A DNA stretch of 64,000 nt. Source: Cyanophora paradoxa CCMP329 (Eukaryota > Plantae > Glaucophyta). This document shows positions 1 through 11,742 of this stretch, in pieces (positions within the stretch are counted from its first letter, which is position 1; each line of letters opens with the position of its first letter). Location of the stretch: positions 310,001 through 374,000 of the forward strand of contig QPMI01000439.1 of the NCBI GenBank assembly GCA_004431415.1, read 5' to 3'. The notes beneath the pieces are model-generated. The model was given only the letters and a program-made list of their open reading frames with translations, was not told the DNA's origin and ran no database searches. Both the position numbers and the translations under genes were made by a program.

Positions 1-1640
1 CGGAAGCGCGGAGCAGCGAGCAGCGCCCGCAGGTCGGCATGCTCGGCCCGCAGATGTCCGTCGGGTCGATGGGACCGCCGTCCACCTTGCACACGGGCAG
101 TGCTGCCGGATGGAATGTGAGAAAAGCCGGGCCAGACGTTGGTTTTCTAAGTAACCGCACCTGCGCATCGAATCACAAAGTCCGGGCGGAGCCAGATTGC
201 AGCAGAGGTCAAGAATATGTCCAAGCTGATGCGGTCCCGCTTTTGCGGAGCGCGAGCCTCAGCGTCGCTTCGACTGCCGCCTCGGGACAGTCCTCACGAC
301 AGTCGGAGGAGCGGATCAACCCGCTGAACTCCACAGAAGTGACAGCCGTGCTGCCGCTGACTGTTGAGGTCTTGGGTCGGACTAACACTTCTGTGGCCGC
401 GGTGCTCTGCTGCTGAGAATCCTGGCAAGATGAAGCGAGGGAAACAAGGTCGGCGGCTACAAAGGACCAAGAAACTAGGAAATGACCTGCGGGAAAAGTA
501 TTCACAAACGTATTAATGCTTTTTAAGCTCATAAGACGAACCGGAGGGCGGGACCACGTCTGCTGATGAGAGGGATTTGAGCCTGCAGCGCTCACTGGAG
601 CTAGGCAGTCTGAGGAAGAATCGTAAAATGATGGAGCGCTTGAGCCTGTGATCAATAGTCCAGGTGGATGCATCGGTGCAGGATCCTGTAAGAGGAAGAG
701 AGCAAACGGACTGGGCTGCTCCGTCTGAAATCGGAAAGTAATACCGCGCAACGAACATGCTGCTCAGCGTCTGAAAGTCCGGCAACGAGATCCCCGGATC
801 CCTTTGCAAAGGATCCTCGGAATCATGATCAGATGAACTGTCGGTAGCGCCACCGTCGTCAGCCTCCGTGAAGTACGACATGCCCGTCGAGCCGATCGAA
901 GCGTCGGCTTGGTTGATGTAAAGCGGCTGCCGAGCGTGCAGGACGCCGGCCGTCTCCTTCTGGCTGAACTCGATTCGCATTGCAGACGCTGCAGCTGCAG
1001 CTGGCGCCGGCGCATGCAGATTCGAAATTCCGACGGGATAGGACCCGACGGTCAGATCGACGCTGAAAAGAGAGGAGATCTCGCGCGGCTGGGTGCGGCG
1101 AAGAAGAGGCCAGTCCAACGGTTCGAGGTCTGGAGGAAGGAGGTGCCAGCGGACATCTCCAGGAGCAATCTCGCCGCGTCGATCGGCAGGCCGGACTCGG
1201 ACGCCACCAGAGCTTCGGCCACGTCCCAGTCGATGGTACAGCAGCGGACCAGCAGCTCCGCCTTCCACTTCTCTGACGCCTTCTCCCACAACTGGCGCCG
1301 AGCGAGCGCGCGCCTCTGCTCATCGGTGAGGGCCTCTGCGCAGAATGCGGTGCGGAGCTGGTGAGCGAGGCGTGCAGCCGGCGCGGGAAGGGGTCTACGC
1401 CGACCTTCCGCCCGCTGGGATGCACCCTTGCCCTTCGGGTTCTTCTTCCCGCCGCCGCGGCCGGCGCCTGAGCCCGCGGCCGCGGCCGCATGCGCATGCG
1501 CAGCCGCGGCCGCCGCAGGAGCGGGCCCTGGAGTCGCGGTCGAAGGCTGAGAAGAGGATTGCAATGAAGTCCCCGCTCCAGCGAGTGCAGCGGCGTCGCG
1601 CTTCCTGCGGAGCCGCTCCGCGCCGCCTCCTTCTTGTCGA
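1..1640 (-). CDS. Hypothetical multi-exon protein (start uncertain, probably runs off the window start)
   Basis: Consecutive minus-strand frames with protein-like composition (LAHQLRTAFCAEALTDEQRRALARRQLWEK..., RIEFSQKETAGVLHARQPLYINQAD...) separated by intron-like segments; no recognised domain. Confidence 0.35.
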
Positions 1641-2037
1641 CTGCGCAGCGCGGATCGTCAGCGGCGCAAGGCTGAGCGCGCGATACGCTAGATCGACTCC
1701 GCGACGCCTAGGTCATCGATCTAAAGCGGCGTGGACCGCAGCGTTCGAGCCCGCGCTGGCCATGGCGCGCGGCCCGCATGAGCGCTCTCGCGCGGCACAA
1801 AGCGCGGCGGACATCTAGGCCGCTCCGCGAAGCATGCGCGTCTAGAAGCTACAGCAGCGCCCCAGGATCGCAATCCCTGCACGATGTGCGCACCGGCGCC
1901 GCCCGGCATCGCGCAGCTTCCGCCTCCGGTCAGGCACGCACGCCTCCGCTGTGCGACATCGGCTGCCGCCTTCTTCCGCGATGCGCGCTGCCCCGATCTC
2001 GCGCGTTCCCGCCCTCAACGAACGTGCTTTCCGCCGA

Positions 2038-5000
2038 TGACCGCGCCGGTGCGACTGGAGGAGTTGATGCAGGACACGACGACCATCCAGCGCGTGCAAC
2101 ACGCCGCGCTGCCCGCTGCTCGCTGCCGACGGCTCGCTGGCCTGCTTCGATGGCTCGCTCGGGGGCTACGCGATTTCGGGCGGGTACGACTTTTCGCGGC
2201 TCCTCCGCATCGCCCCGCGATCTGGATGCGTTCCGGGTGATCTTCAAACGCTGTAGGATAGCAGCACCGCGGAAGGGGGCGCCCCCAGGAAGAGCTTCGA
2301 TTGCGCCTGGCGGGGCGAGGCGATGACAGCCGATTCGAGCTCCGGTGCGTGGCGGATCGCACCGATCGCCAATTCTGCGGCGTAGCTTCGAGCTGCTCGC
2401 GCGCGCGTCGCCGTCGAGCTGAGCGGTTTCGCAGCGGCGAAGCGGAGGGCGAAGGCGAAAGCACGAAAGAAGCAGCAGCAGTCCGACGAACCGGATGCGG
2501 CGGGACGCGCTGGACCGCCGCCGGCCGGGGCGCCCCAAGCGGATGCCAGGCGGAACGCGCGCGTGCCGAAGCACCGGCGTGCGGGCAAGACAGGTGAGGA
2601 TCGAGGACGCGTGCGATCCGATCGCCTGGCTCCCCGCCGGCTCACTGCGCGTCGCGAGCAGAGCCGGTGGCGCCGACGGGCGTGGCGATGACGCGGCTGC
2701 GGAGCAGTGGCAGCGGATGTCGACCGAAGAGCGGCGGGCATTTGTGGAGAAGGAGTGCCTCCTCGATCTGGGCGACGCCGCCGCGCGAGGTGCGCGGTCC
2801 TAGGCCTCCGCCCCGGCCCCGCTCCGAGCCCGCCCGCTCCGCCTCCCGGCGCCCACGCGCGCCGCAGTGTGCGAGCTGACAAACCTGCGGGACGACTGGA
2901 GCCGCTTCTTCCTCAAGAGCGCGCTCGCCTCGGGCTTCGCGCCCGAGACGCGGCCGACCTGCCCGCACCCGTCCCTCGTTGCTCGCCTGCTCAAGGCGCG
3001 CCTTCGCCGCCGCCGCCTTTGCCGCCCCGCGCGCCGCTCACGCCGCATCATCAGATCCACGTCGTGGGTCGTTCCATCGTCGTTCGGACCCGCCGGCCTC
3101 CACCGCGGCCGCGGCCGCGGCCGCCGCCGCCGCCGCCGCCGCGGGCCGCGCTCCCGAGTACCACACTGAGGACGTCTACATAAGCACCGACTTCGAGGCG
3201 CGAATCCAAGCGCCCGGCGCCGCTTCCGCGCATTCCGATACCCCCCGCAGGTCGAGCCCCCCGCCGAGGACGCGCACGAGTTCAGCCCGGGGTACCACAT
3301 CGAGCTCGAGGCGCGCCCGCTCCTTCCGCCGGCGACGCGTACCCCTCCGTGACGTCACGCCGCCGCAGGCGGAAGAGAGCGGGTCGGAGGGGACGGAGGG
3401 CGGGGACGGGGAGGACGGGGCGGGACCCTCGTCGGTTCTCATGGCCGGATCCTGTGTCTACTTCCTATCAAAGAACAAGGCAAGTACGCTTAACTGTGTG
3501 AGGAACGCTAGAAGAACCAGAACCCCCGCCCGGCCCTTCTGCTTCTGCTGCGCCCCTTCCGCCTCGCAGCGGCTGATTTGCCGTACCCCCACCCGCCAGG
3601 ACCCTGTCCTGAACCTCAACACCGCCGGCCGAGCGGACGACGGGCGCGCAAGTACCCCCTCATCGCCCCCCCTCCCCCTTCTGAGCGATTCGGGGGGTAC
3701 AGGGTCGAGGCCTTCTCGCTTCGCTTCACGGTATCCCCCCACATGGACGCGTGCGGGGCCTGGCTCCCCTTTCAGGACATGCCCCCCGGCGGCCGCGTCT
3801 TCCTCACCTGGTTCGCCCGATCCGATCCGCTCAGATCAGATCAAATCGGATCCGATCCGATCTGAGCCGTCCCGCAGGAACTTCACGGACCGGGAGGTGG
3901 TGGCCGTGATGGAGGGCAAGTCCGGGCGCGTCGTGGCGGGCCCCAAGGCGAGCTGTACCCCCCCTTCCCCCTCCCCCTCCGCCCCTCTGTCCCTTTCTTC
4001 TTCTTCGGCTCCTCACTCGCTGCCGCTGCTTCGCCTCCAGGTGGCGTCGGCGGACCGCTCCGAGGGTGTCATCGACTGCGTGGGGCTCGGCGACAAGCCC
4101 GACCAGGCGCGTGTACCCCCCCCGCTCCCCCCCCCCCCCCCGACCCGGCCCCCCCGGTGCCCGGGCCTAGACCGTTAGCTAGCTAGCTACGGCCCGTGCC
4201 GTCCAGCCTTGCTAGCGCTCCGCACCCGCCCGCCCCTAGCCGCGGTCGCTTGCACGACTAGCCGCGCCCGGTGCCATTTGCGGCGGCTCCCCCACTGCTG
4301 CGGGGTCGGCCCAGAGCGCGCCTCACCCGCCCTACGACCCCTGTAGACGTTAGCGCCCGCTTCCGCCCGCGCCGGCCTAGCCAAGAGCGATCCCCGCACC
4401 CGCCCGCCCGCCCCTGACCCCCGCCCGCCGCCTGCCCCTAGCTCCCGCCTCCTGGACGCCCGCCCGCCCGCCCCCGCCGGCTCCTTCAACTAGCCCGCCC
4501 CTGACTCTTCTTTCACAGAGCGAGGACGTGCTGATCCACTGCGAGCTGGAGCGCCGCGGCGACGTCATCTCCTGCGACAAGATGGAGGTGCGCCAAGCTG
4601 TGCGGGGCCGGCCGAGAGCGCGCGCGCGCGTGAGAGAGAGGCATCTTAAAAGGCACGCCGTATTAGAGTGACAAGATGGAGGTGCGCCCGGGCGTACGGG
4701 CAGCGGGGGCCGGCCGAGAGGCGCCAGCCATCTTAGATACACAGGAAGAAGAAGAAGAGACGTAGTTCGAGATCGCTTCAGCTCCCTCAGGCTCAAGAAC
4801 GCCCAAGAACGCCTCAGCTCAAGATTAGCAGAGAGAAGTAGGCGCAGCTACTGCTAGCTTAGATATGCTACTGCTTAGCTCAGAGCTAAAACGAGGGAGA
4901 AGAGGCTAAGCTTACATTAAGGATGTGCACCTTCGGATCCTTACCTCACGGCGCCTCAGGTCATGGTGCGGGCGGACTGGCTGCTGGCGCAGTGGGGCCT

Positions 5001-5891
5001 GCCGCTGGCGCCGCCCCCCGGGCCCCGGCCCTGCCGCCACCCGGCCGCCGCCGCCGCCGGCCGCCAGGCCTGCGGCCTCTGCACCCACTTCGCATTCGGG
5101 GCACCCCAGGTACGCCCTTCTAAGATTAACGCAGCCCGTCTATCTTCCATCTACCTATCTAACTATCTAACGACCATACCATCAAACTATCTCGGGCGCC
5201 TGCCTGCCCGCCTTCCGCTCTTCTTCTATCTTCTTCTATCTATCGCTTCCTGCGCCCCTCGGGCGCCTGACCCCCGCCTCCGCCCCCGCAGGGCCGGGCG
5301 GCGGTGGCGCTGCGGTACGCGGGGCCCGGGGAGCGGCGGATCGGGCTGGAGGCGGCGACGCCCGAGGCGCTGGGCGAGTGCTTCGGGGCCCTCGCCGAGG
5401 CCCTCCCCGAGGAGGGGCCCCTCGTGCGCCCCGCCCCGCCCCGCACCGCCCGCTCCCGCCCGCCCCGCCCCGCCCGAAAGCTTCGAAAAGGATCCCCTAA
5501 TGGAGCTTCTAGACGGGACCCTTTTGGCCCCGCCCCGCCCCGCCCCGCCCTGCCCCGCCCGCCCGCCTCCGACCCGCCCCGATCCAAGCTTTTTCTACAA
5601 CGGATGCCTCAAGAAGGGGGCGGAGCTATTTAATAGGACGGCTCTCTCGCGCGACCTGCTCGGACTAAGACTTAGCTAAGACTAAGGCTTAGATCAAGCT
5701 TGGGGAGCCGCGCCGCGCCCCCCGCCTCCTCCTGACGCCCCGCCCCTCCCTCGCCCCGCCCACCGCAGCTGCGGGAGGAGCTGGTGGGGTACCTGAAGGC
5801 GCTGGCGGCGGAGGGCGTGCCGCCCCGCGTCGAGCACGACGGGGAGCGGGGGGAGACGCTCCAGGCCGAGTTCCTCAAAGAATCCCAGCAG
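2038..5891 (+). CDS. Hypothetical multi-exon protein; no terminal exon found
   Basis: Chain of exon-like segments bounded by GT/GC..CAG (EQWQRMSTEERRAFVEKECLLDLG, PEYHTEDVYISTDFEARIQ, NFTDREVVAVMEGKSG, SEDVLIHCELERRGDVISCDKME, LREELVGYLKALAAEG...AEFLKESQQ). No family recognised; start is approximate. Confidence 0.5.
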
Positions 5892-6301
5892 GCGAGTGGC
5901 AGACCGGCGCCCCCCCTCTAGCTGGCCCCAGGGCCTTCTAGCCGCTAGGACCGCTAGGACCCGAACTTTCTATGGAGCTATGAAGTCTAGCTTCCCTCAA
6001 AGAGGCCCCGGCCCTCTTCTAGCGAGCCCCTCTCTCTAGGCTTCTGGCCTCCTAGCGTTCCTTCTAGGCTTCTGGCCGAGTCCGTTTTAGCCGGGCCTCG
6101 CTGGTTCCTCGAGGAGTCCCAGCAGGCGAGCCTCTCTCTAGCCTTCCATGGCCCCCTTCTGGCCCCTCCACGCTTCTATCCCTAGCTTCCCTTCAAACCC
6201 GCTCTTTCTAGCCTAGCGAGCCGATTTCGTCAAGGAGTCCCAGCAGGCGAGCCCTCCCCTGCCCCGGAGCTAGCTCCTTCCAGCCTCTCCAGCTCCTAGC
6301 C

Positions 6302-6475
6302 CTAGCTTCTAGCTCCACGCGTCTCTTCTAGCTTCCTCCAGCCTCTAGCCCCTAGCGGGCGAGCGGTCGCCGCCGGAGTCATGGGGCCGATCTTCGACTT
6401 CAGCCACTCACAGCCATCGCGATGGTAGCGCGCTCCGGTCTTCGTGGCGAAAACGACGTAAGCTGAGGCGTCCAT
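6302..6475 (-). pseudogene. Truncated inverted paralog of the Ada-type Zn-finger gene
   Basis: MDASAYVVFATKTGARYHRDGCEWLKSKIGPMTPA aligns with the N-terminus of the gene at 7167+, but homology stops at ~6370, before the PCxxC half of the motif, and the frame runs into CTAG-rich filler. Confidence 0.65.
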
Positions 6476-7293
6476 TGTTGTAGTTGAAGTTGAAGAAGCT
6501 GAAGCTGAAACTGCTGAAGGGCAGCGCCACGATGGTGAACGCTGCTGATGAGGACTGAGGCTGCGCGAGGCGGAGGCCGCGCTCTTAAGGCGGCTGCTGG
6601 TATAATTGCTGCATATCATGCATTGATTCCGCGCGCGAGCAGCGTGGCGACGATTCGCGCTCGGCGCGCTGCGCGGTGCGCGCGGCGCGGGCTGACAGCA
6701 GTCATGACGAAATGCCCTCGGTGGGATCCGAACACCAGTCCAGCGCCGTGAGCCAGCGCGCGCCCTCTAGATCTCAGCGCGCGTACGCGTTGGATCGGTT
6801 CAGCGCATCGCGGAAGTTCGTTTATAATATAATTACCGCATTTCTGCACGCGCGCTCGCCGAGCTCGAGTCGATCGCTACTCGGCGGCTGCGCTATTTAC
6901 GAGTGTTCGGATCCCTCCGAGGGCATTTCGTCATGACTGCTGTCAGCCCGGCCCGCGCCGCGCGCTCCGCGCAGCGCGCCGAGCGCGAATCGTCGCCACG
7001 CTGCTCGCGCGCGGAATCAATGCATGATATGCAGCAATTATACCAGCAGCCGCCTTAAGAGCGCGGCCTCCGCCTCGCGCAGCCTCAGTTCTGATTAGCA
7101 GCGTGCACCAACGTGGCGCTGCTCTTCAGCACTTTCGCATCAGCTTCTTCAACATCAACAACAACAATGGACGCCTCAACAACAACAATGGACGCCTCAG
7201 CTTACGTCTTTTTCGCCACAAAGTCGGGCAAGCGCTACCATATCGGTAGCTGCGACGCGCTGAAGTCAAAGAGCGATCCCATGACTCCGGCGG
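6370..7293. repeat. Long inverted repeat: arms 6370-6735 and 6903-7293, spacer 6736-6902
   Basis: Direct reverse-complement match read from the sequence, e.g. gctgacagcagtcatgacgaaatgccctcgg / ccgagggcatttcgtcatgactgctgtcagc and gctgctggtataattgctgcatatcatgcattgattcc / ggaatcaatgcatgatatgcagcaattataccagcagc. Confidence 0.95.
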
Positions 7294-8064
7294 AGGCGGA
7301 GTCCGGCCATTTCAAGGGAAAACGCCTCACGCCCTGCAAGATTTGCATCAACAACGCGTGGCTGGTGCGCATAGACCGAGCACTCAGCACGCGCCCGGCG
7401 CTCATTTCGATTCCGTTGCGCAGATCAAGGCCAAAGCGGCCAGGAACACGTTCGTGCCTGTCCCGCTCACTGGAAACGTCAAGCAGCAGCTGTATCCGAC
7501 CAAGACTGGCCAGAAGTACCATCACAAGACATGCCCGTGGCTCGGGGCCACCGGCCTGGTACTCGGGCCTCGCGGCATGGATGACCTTGAGTCCCGCGGC
7601 TACCAGCCCTGCGCCGTCTGCCTCAAGCCCGAGGCCGGTTACGAGTCCCGCAACGTCGTGCGCTCCTTTCTCCATCTAGTTTCGCTTGCGCTAGGCTAAT
7701 CGCGAGCCCTGTCGCAGAAGGTGAACGAGGCGCTCCGCATCACGAGGGCGACCGCGGTAGGGGGCGCCTCTGCCGCCGGGCCTGCGCAGGTGCCCCGCGT
7801 TCTTGTCGCTTTCCCGACAGCAGCGTTGCTCAACGGCTCGTCCTGCAGGGGGATGCAGGCACGAGCGGCGCCGGCTCGTCCAGCGGGGACCGCCGGGAGG
7901 CCATGCGCCGCGCCCAGCTCGAGCTCGAAGAGATGGAGGCCGGCGTCGCGCGCAAGAAGGCCGAGATCCAGCGCCTCTCCGCGGTGCGCTGCCCTGCGCC
8001 CCACGCCCCGATTTCTCCGTGGCACGACACTGACAGTCGCACTCGAGCGCAGCCCGAGCTCTGA
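7167..8064 (+). CDS. Small protein (~216 aa) with two Ada-type metal-binding (H-C-C-C) repeats and a C-terminal coiled coil
   Basis: Five in-phase exons (7167-7364, 7424-7657, 7718-7789, 7849-7983, 8053-8064). Motifs TKSGKRYHIGSC...LTPCKIC and TKTGQKYHHKTC...RGYQPCAVC, then RREAMRRAQLELEEMEAGVARKKAEIQRL. Confidence 0.75.
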
Positions 8065-8359
8065 AAGCTGAAAGCGGGGAGACGTGACAAGCGCTAGGGG
8101 CTCCAAGCTTCGGAGGAATCTGCCGCGCGCCCAGCGGCCTCGGACTAGTACTACTAGGCTGTTGCCTGGTAAACCTCTAGTTCAGCCACATGCATTCACG
8201 TTGAGCTCGCTCGCGAGCGCAATGTGTTGAAGCTCAGTCCCCTGCAGCTGCTGTGTTCGAATTCCTGAAATCAATATTCAAAGAGCGCTTGTACCGTAGC
8301 AGTCATTTGCATGCGCGGGGCTCGAGGCCGCAGCAGCATGATAAGCTCTTGCCTAGTAC

Positions 8360-11300
8360 TTAAATTGATTTCATCAAAACTAGAGGGCCCCGCGGCCGCC
8401 CACCCCCGCCGCTGCAACTGGCGTCGGCGTCCACAGCAAAGTCGCCACTGGTGTGAATGGAGCCGAGGAGGAGCCGAGGGAGCCTCAGAGGGGCCACGCT
8501 GGGGAAGGGATCACAGAAGCCGCGCCGCTGAGGCGGGACTCGGGAGCCGCGGGGGGGAGGGAAAGAGCTCCACCTCCAAGCGCGCAGGCGGGGGGCGGCG
8601 GGGCGGTCGGAGGACCGCGGCCGGGCCGGAGTGGCGGGGAGGGAAGGTTGGGAAGGACTCCGGGAGCGGGGGGAGCGGGGGGAGGGGGAGGGGGTGGGGT
8701 GGGGTGTGGGTGGGGGGTGGGGGGATGGGGGGGGGGGGGGATGGGGGGTGGGGGGGAGGGGGAGGGAGCCCCGGGACGCCCGGCCCCTCGGACCCCCGGC
8801 CCCGCAGCAGTTCATCCCCCCGGCTGCCCCGGGGCGCCGCGGCGGGGCGGGGCGGGCGGGCGGGCCCCCGGCCCCGGCGCCCGCTGCGGCGCCCGCACCT
8901 CTCAGCCTGCCCCGGACCCGCGGGCCCCCGACCCGGCCCCGGCCCCGGCCCCGGCCCCGGCCTCGGCGAGGAGCTCCCGCAGCTGGTCCTCGAGGCGGCA
9001 GCTCGCGCGGACCGCCCAGCGCCTCCGCCGCTCCCACTCCGGGAGGGCCTCCAGCTGCCGGGGCCGGCGATTAAGGGATGCATATATATAATAAAGATGG
9101 CGACGCAGGCATTAGGCGAGAGAGCGGTGGGCTAGGCCCTCAAGTTAAGCTCGCGGTCTTTTCGAGTTCAGACACTCTTGAAGTGATTTAGACGCAGACA
9201 TTCGGTGGGAGAGACTCTGAGAGAGAGCCGACTTGTGCCACAAGCAAGGCTCACACTAGGCCCAAGCCCGGCCGCCCCCTCTAAGCTCGAATTCGCTCTA
9301 GGCTCGCTAGGCTCAGCGGATCCGGACCTTGGCGATGCTGTGGCGGGTCAAGGCGAGCCGCCGGGCGAGGGAGTGGCGCCGGCTCTCCGCCCCCTCTTCT
9401 TCTTCCACCAGGTGCACCTGCCGCGGGGCGGGGCGCGCGGCTTGAGCTTAAGCTTTAAGCTTCGACTGCAGCTCCGCTTTGGCTAGCCGGCAAGCCGGAG
9501 CACGCGCGAGGCGAGCTCAAGCTCAAGCTGACTCTTAGCTCAGCGCCGAGAGAGGCGGGGCGGCTTGGGGCGGCTAGGGCTCCTAATCTATCCAGCTGCG
9601 CCCGGTCCGCCTCTAAAACCCAATCTATATTTAGCGCCAGTTCGAAATTACATCCTGCGCCCGGCACGGCCCGGGCTCGGGAGCGTACCTCGACGGCTTG
9701 AAGGAGACTCGGGGCGGCCGCCAGCGCGCTCAAAGCTGCGCCCTCCTTCGATGGGGAGGCGAAGGGGGCGGGGGCGGTGTCGGATACGGCGTACCCCCCT
9801 GGAACGGCTCGTCGCCCAGCCAGCCGTCCCCGGCCGCCGGCCAGCAGAAATGGACCCGTGCCCCCTCTGGAAGGTGGGCTTCGAGCACTTCGACGAGCGC
9901 GCCTGGTGCACCCGCCTCAGGGTGGGGGCGGGGGGCGAGGGGCAGGGGGGTACGCGCTCACCCGGGGCCAGCCCTGGGTAAGTGCACTCGTCGTCAAAGA
10001 GAATTTCGGCCTCAGGCGTGCCACCGAGCGCCTCTGCGGCGGGGTACGCTGATCGCAAGCGAGCAGGCGCGAAGGGGTGGGGGGTCGGGAAGGGAGGGGG
10101 TACGCGGACCGAGGAGCTGGCGCAGGAGGCCGGCTTGCACGGCGCAGCGGCGGAGTTCTACCCTGGGGAAGGGGGGGGGGGGGGGGGGGGTAAAGATCCG
10201 CAGTTCGAGTACCACGGGGGGTACAGGATCCGCACTTCTGGAGGCCGGGGGCGAGGGGGGCGGGGAGGGCGGGGGGGAGGGTACAGGAGTCAAGTGCGAG
10301 GAGGGGCGGCTCCTCGTGGGGGTACGGGTCCGCCGCGAACTCGCCGGGCCGCACGACGGCGGCAAGGGCGGCGGCGGCAGGGGGGGAAGAGAGGTCGAGG
10401 AGGGCGAGCCTGAGGCTCCGAACGCGGACGCCGGCGGCGGCGAGGGCCAAAACGTCGGAGGGGGAGGCGGGTGAGGCCTCCAAGTCCAGGCTCAGGACGT
10501 GTGTAAGGGACGGAAGTGCCCGCAGCATCGCCGGGACGCGGGGGCCGAGCGGGGCCGCCCCCAGGCGGCGCAGCGTAGGGTGGCGGAACCCCTGCGGCGC
10601 GGTGCGGTGCCGCGTCAGCCGCTGAATAACGTACCCGGGCGGCGCGCGCGCGCGGCGCGGCGCGCGCGCTCGCCTCTTTCTCGTTCCCGAACTTGAAATC
10701 GTAGCCCTCCTCCGGGTTGATGAAGAGATCGTAGAGCGCGGGCGCACACTCGTGGAGCCGCAGCCGCCGCAGGGGCGCCGCCGCGTCGACGTCCCCTCGG
10801 CCCGCGAACGTTAACGTCAACGGCACCTCGAGGCGCAGCTCCCGCAGCGAGCGCGGCAGCGCCTCTCTGACCGCCGCGAGCGGCCACTGCGGCCACCGGT
10901 ACCGCGGCTCGCGCGGCTCTACGGAAGATTCCCGAGCCCGAGCAGCGCCGACGAGCAGGCGAAGCTTAAGGCGAGTCACGCCGCCCGAGAGGCGGCTGCG
11001 GAGCGCTGCCAACGCCCGCGCGTTCGCCTCCGCCGCCTCCGAGCACCCGTCGACGTCGCCCTCGTCCTCCAATCTGGCGGGCGCGGGCGCGTTCGAATTC
11101 AGGAAGCTGGACCGCGCGCAGGCTCCTCATGATCAAGTAGCGCGGACCCGATTTCGAGGCGGAGCGACGGAGAGCTGTGATCGAGCGCGCAGGAGCGCCA
11201 GCGGCGGCACGCTCGGCTCGCCCGCGCCCGGTCGGGCACCTCGAGGAGCGCGAAGACCGCCGCGAGAAGCTCGCGCGGCAGCGACGCTACCGGCGCGCCG

Positions 11301-11362
11301 TCCTCGCCGGGGCCTGCAGCTAGCGCCACCGGCGATGGATCGGCCGCGGCCGACGAGCTCAT
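8360..11362 (-). CDS. F-box protein with Leu-rich (LRR-like) C-terminal region
   Basis: N-terminal F-box motif SLPRELLAAVFALLEVPDRARASRACRRWR; downstream LRELRLE, LRRLRLHEC, LPSLTHVLSLD, VRSLRL segments. 3' end approximate. Confidence 0.7.
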
Positions 11363-11742
11363 ACCGTCTGGACTCAATTAACCGGCTGCGGGCGGCCAGA
11401 TGCAGCCGGTATCGCGGCCCGACATGCACAAGTACCCCTTGACCTGTCTGTACGTGTACCCCTTGCACCTCACCCGCTTCCCCTGTACCCCCCGGCGCCC
11501 CGTCCGAAACCCTGTTTCATATGCATGATCATGCACAGTGCGGACGTCGGGCGCCGGGGCCGCGGGGGGCCGTCCTCGCGCGCCGCCTGTAGCTGGCCTC
11601 AAGTACGTGTACGTCTTAAGTAGAGCCACTGCTGGGCGCTACGTCTACTTAAATCGGTCTGTGGGTGTCGGTGTCTGTGCTGAGGGGCTGGAGAAAGACT
11701 GAGAGGTCGCAAGCCCGGCCCCCGTGGCCACGCCACCGCCTG

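Noticed and set aside
6370-7293. MITE or DNA transposon with terminal inverted repeats
   Set aside because: The arms run into paralogous coding sequence and decay outward; no target-site duplication or transposase is evident.
8311-10474. Long plus-strand Gly/Arg-rich ORFs
   Set aside because: Antisense shadows of the F-box gene and its poly-C introns; the same applies to most other long GC-rich ORFs in the track.
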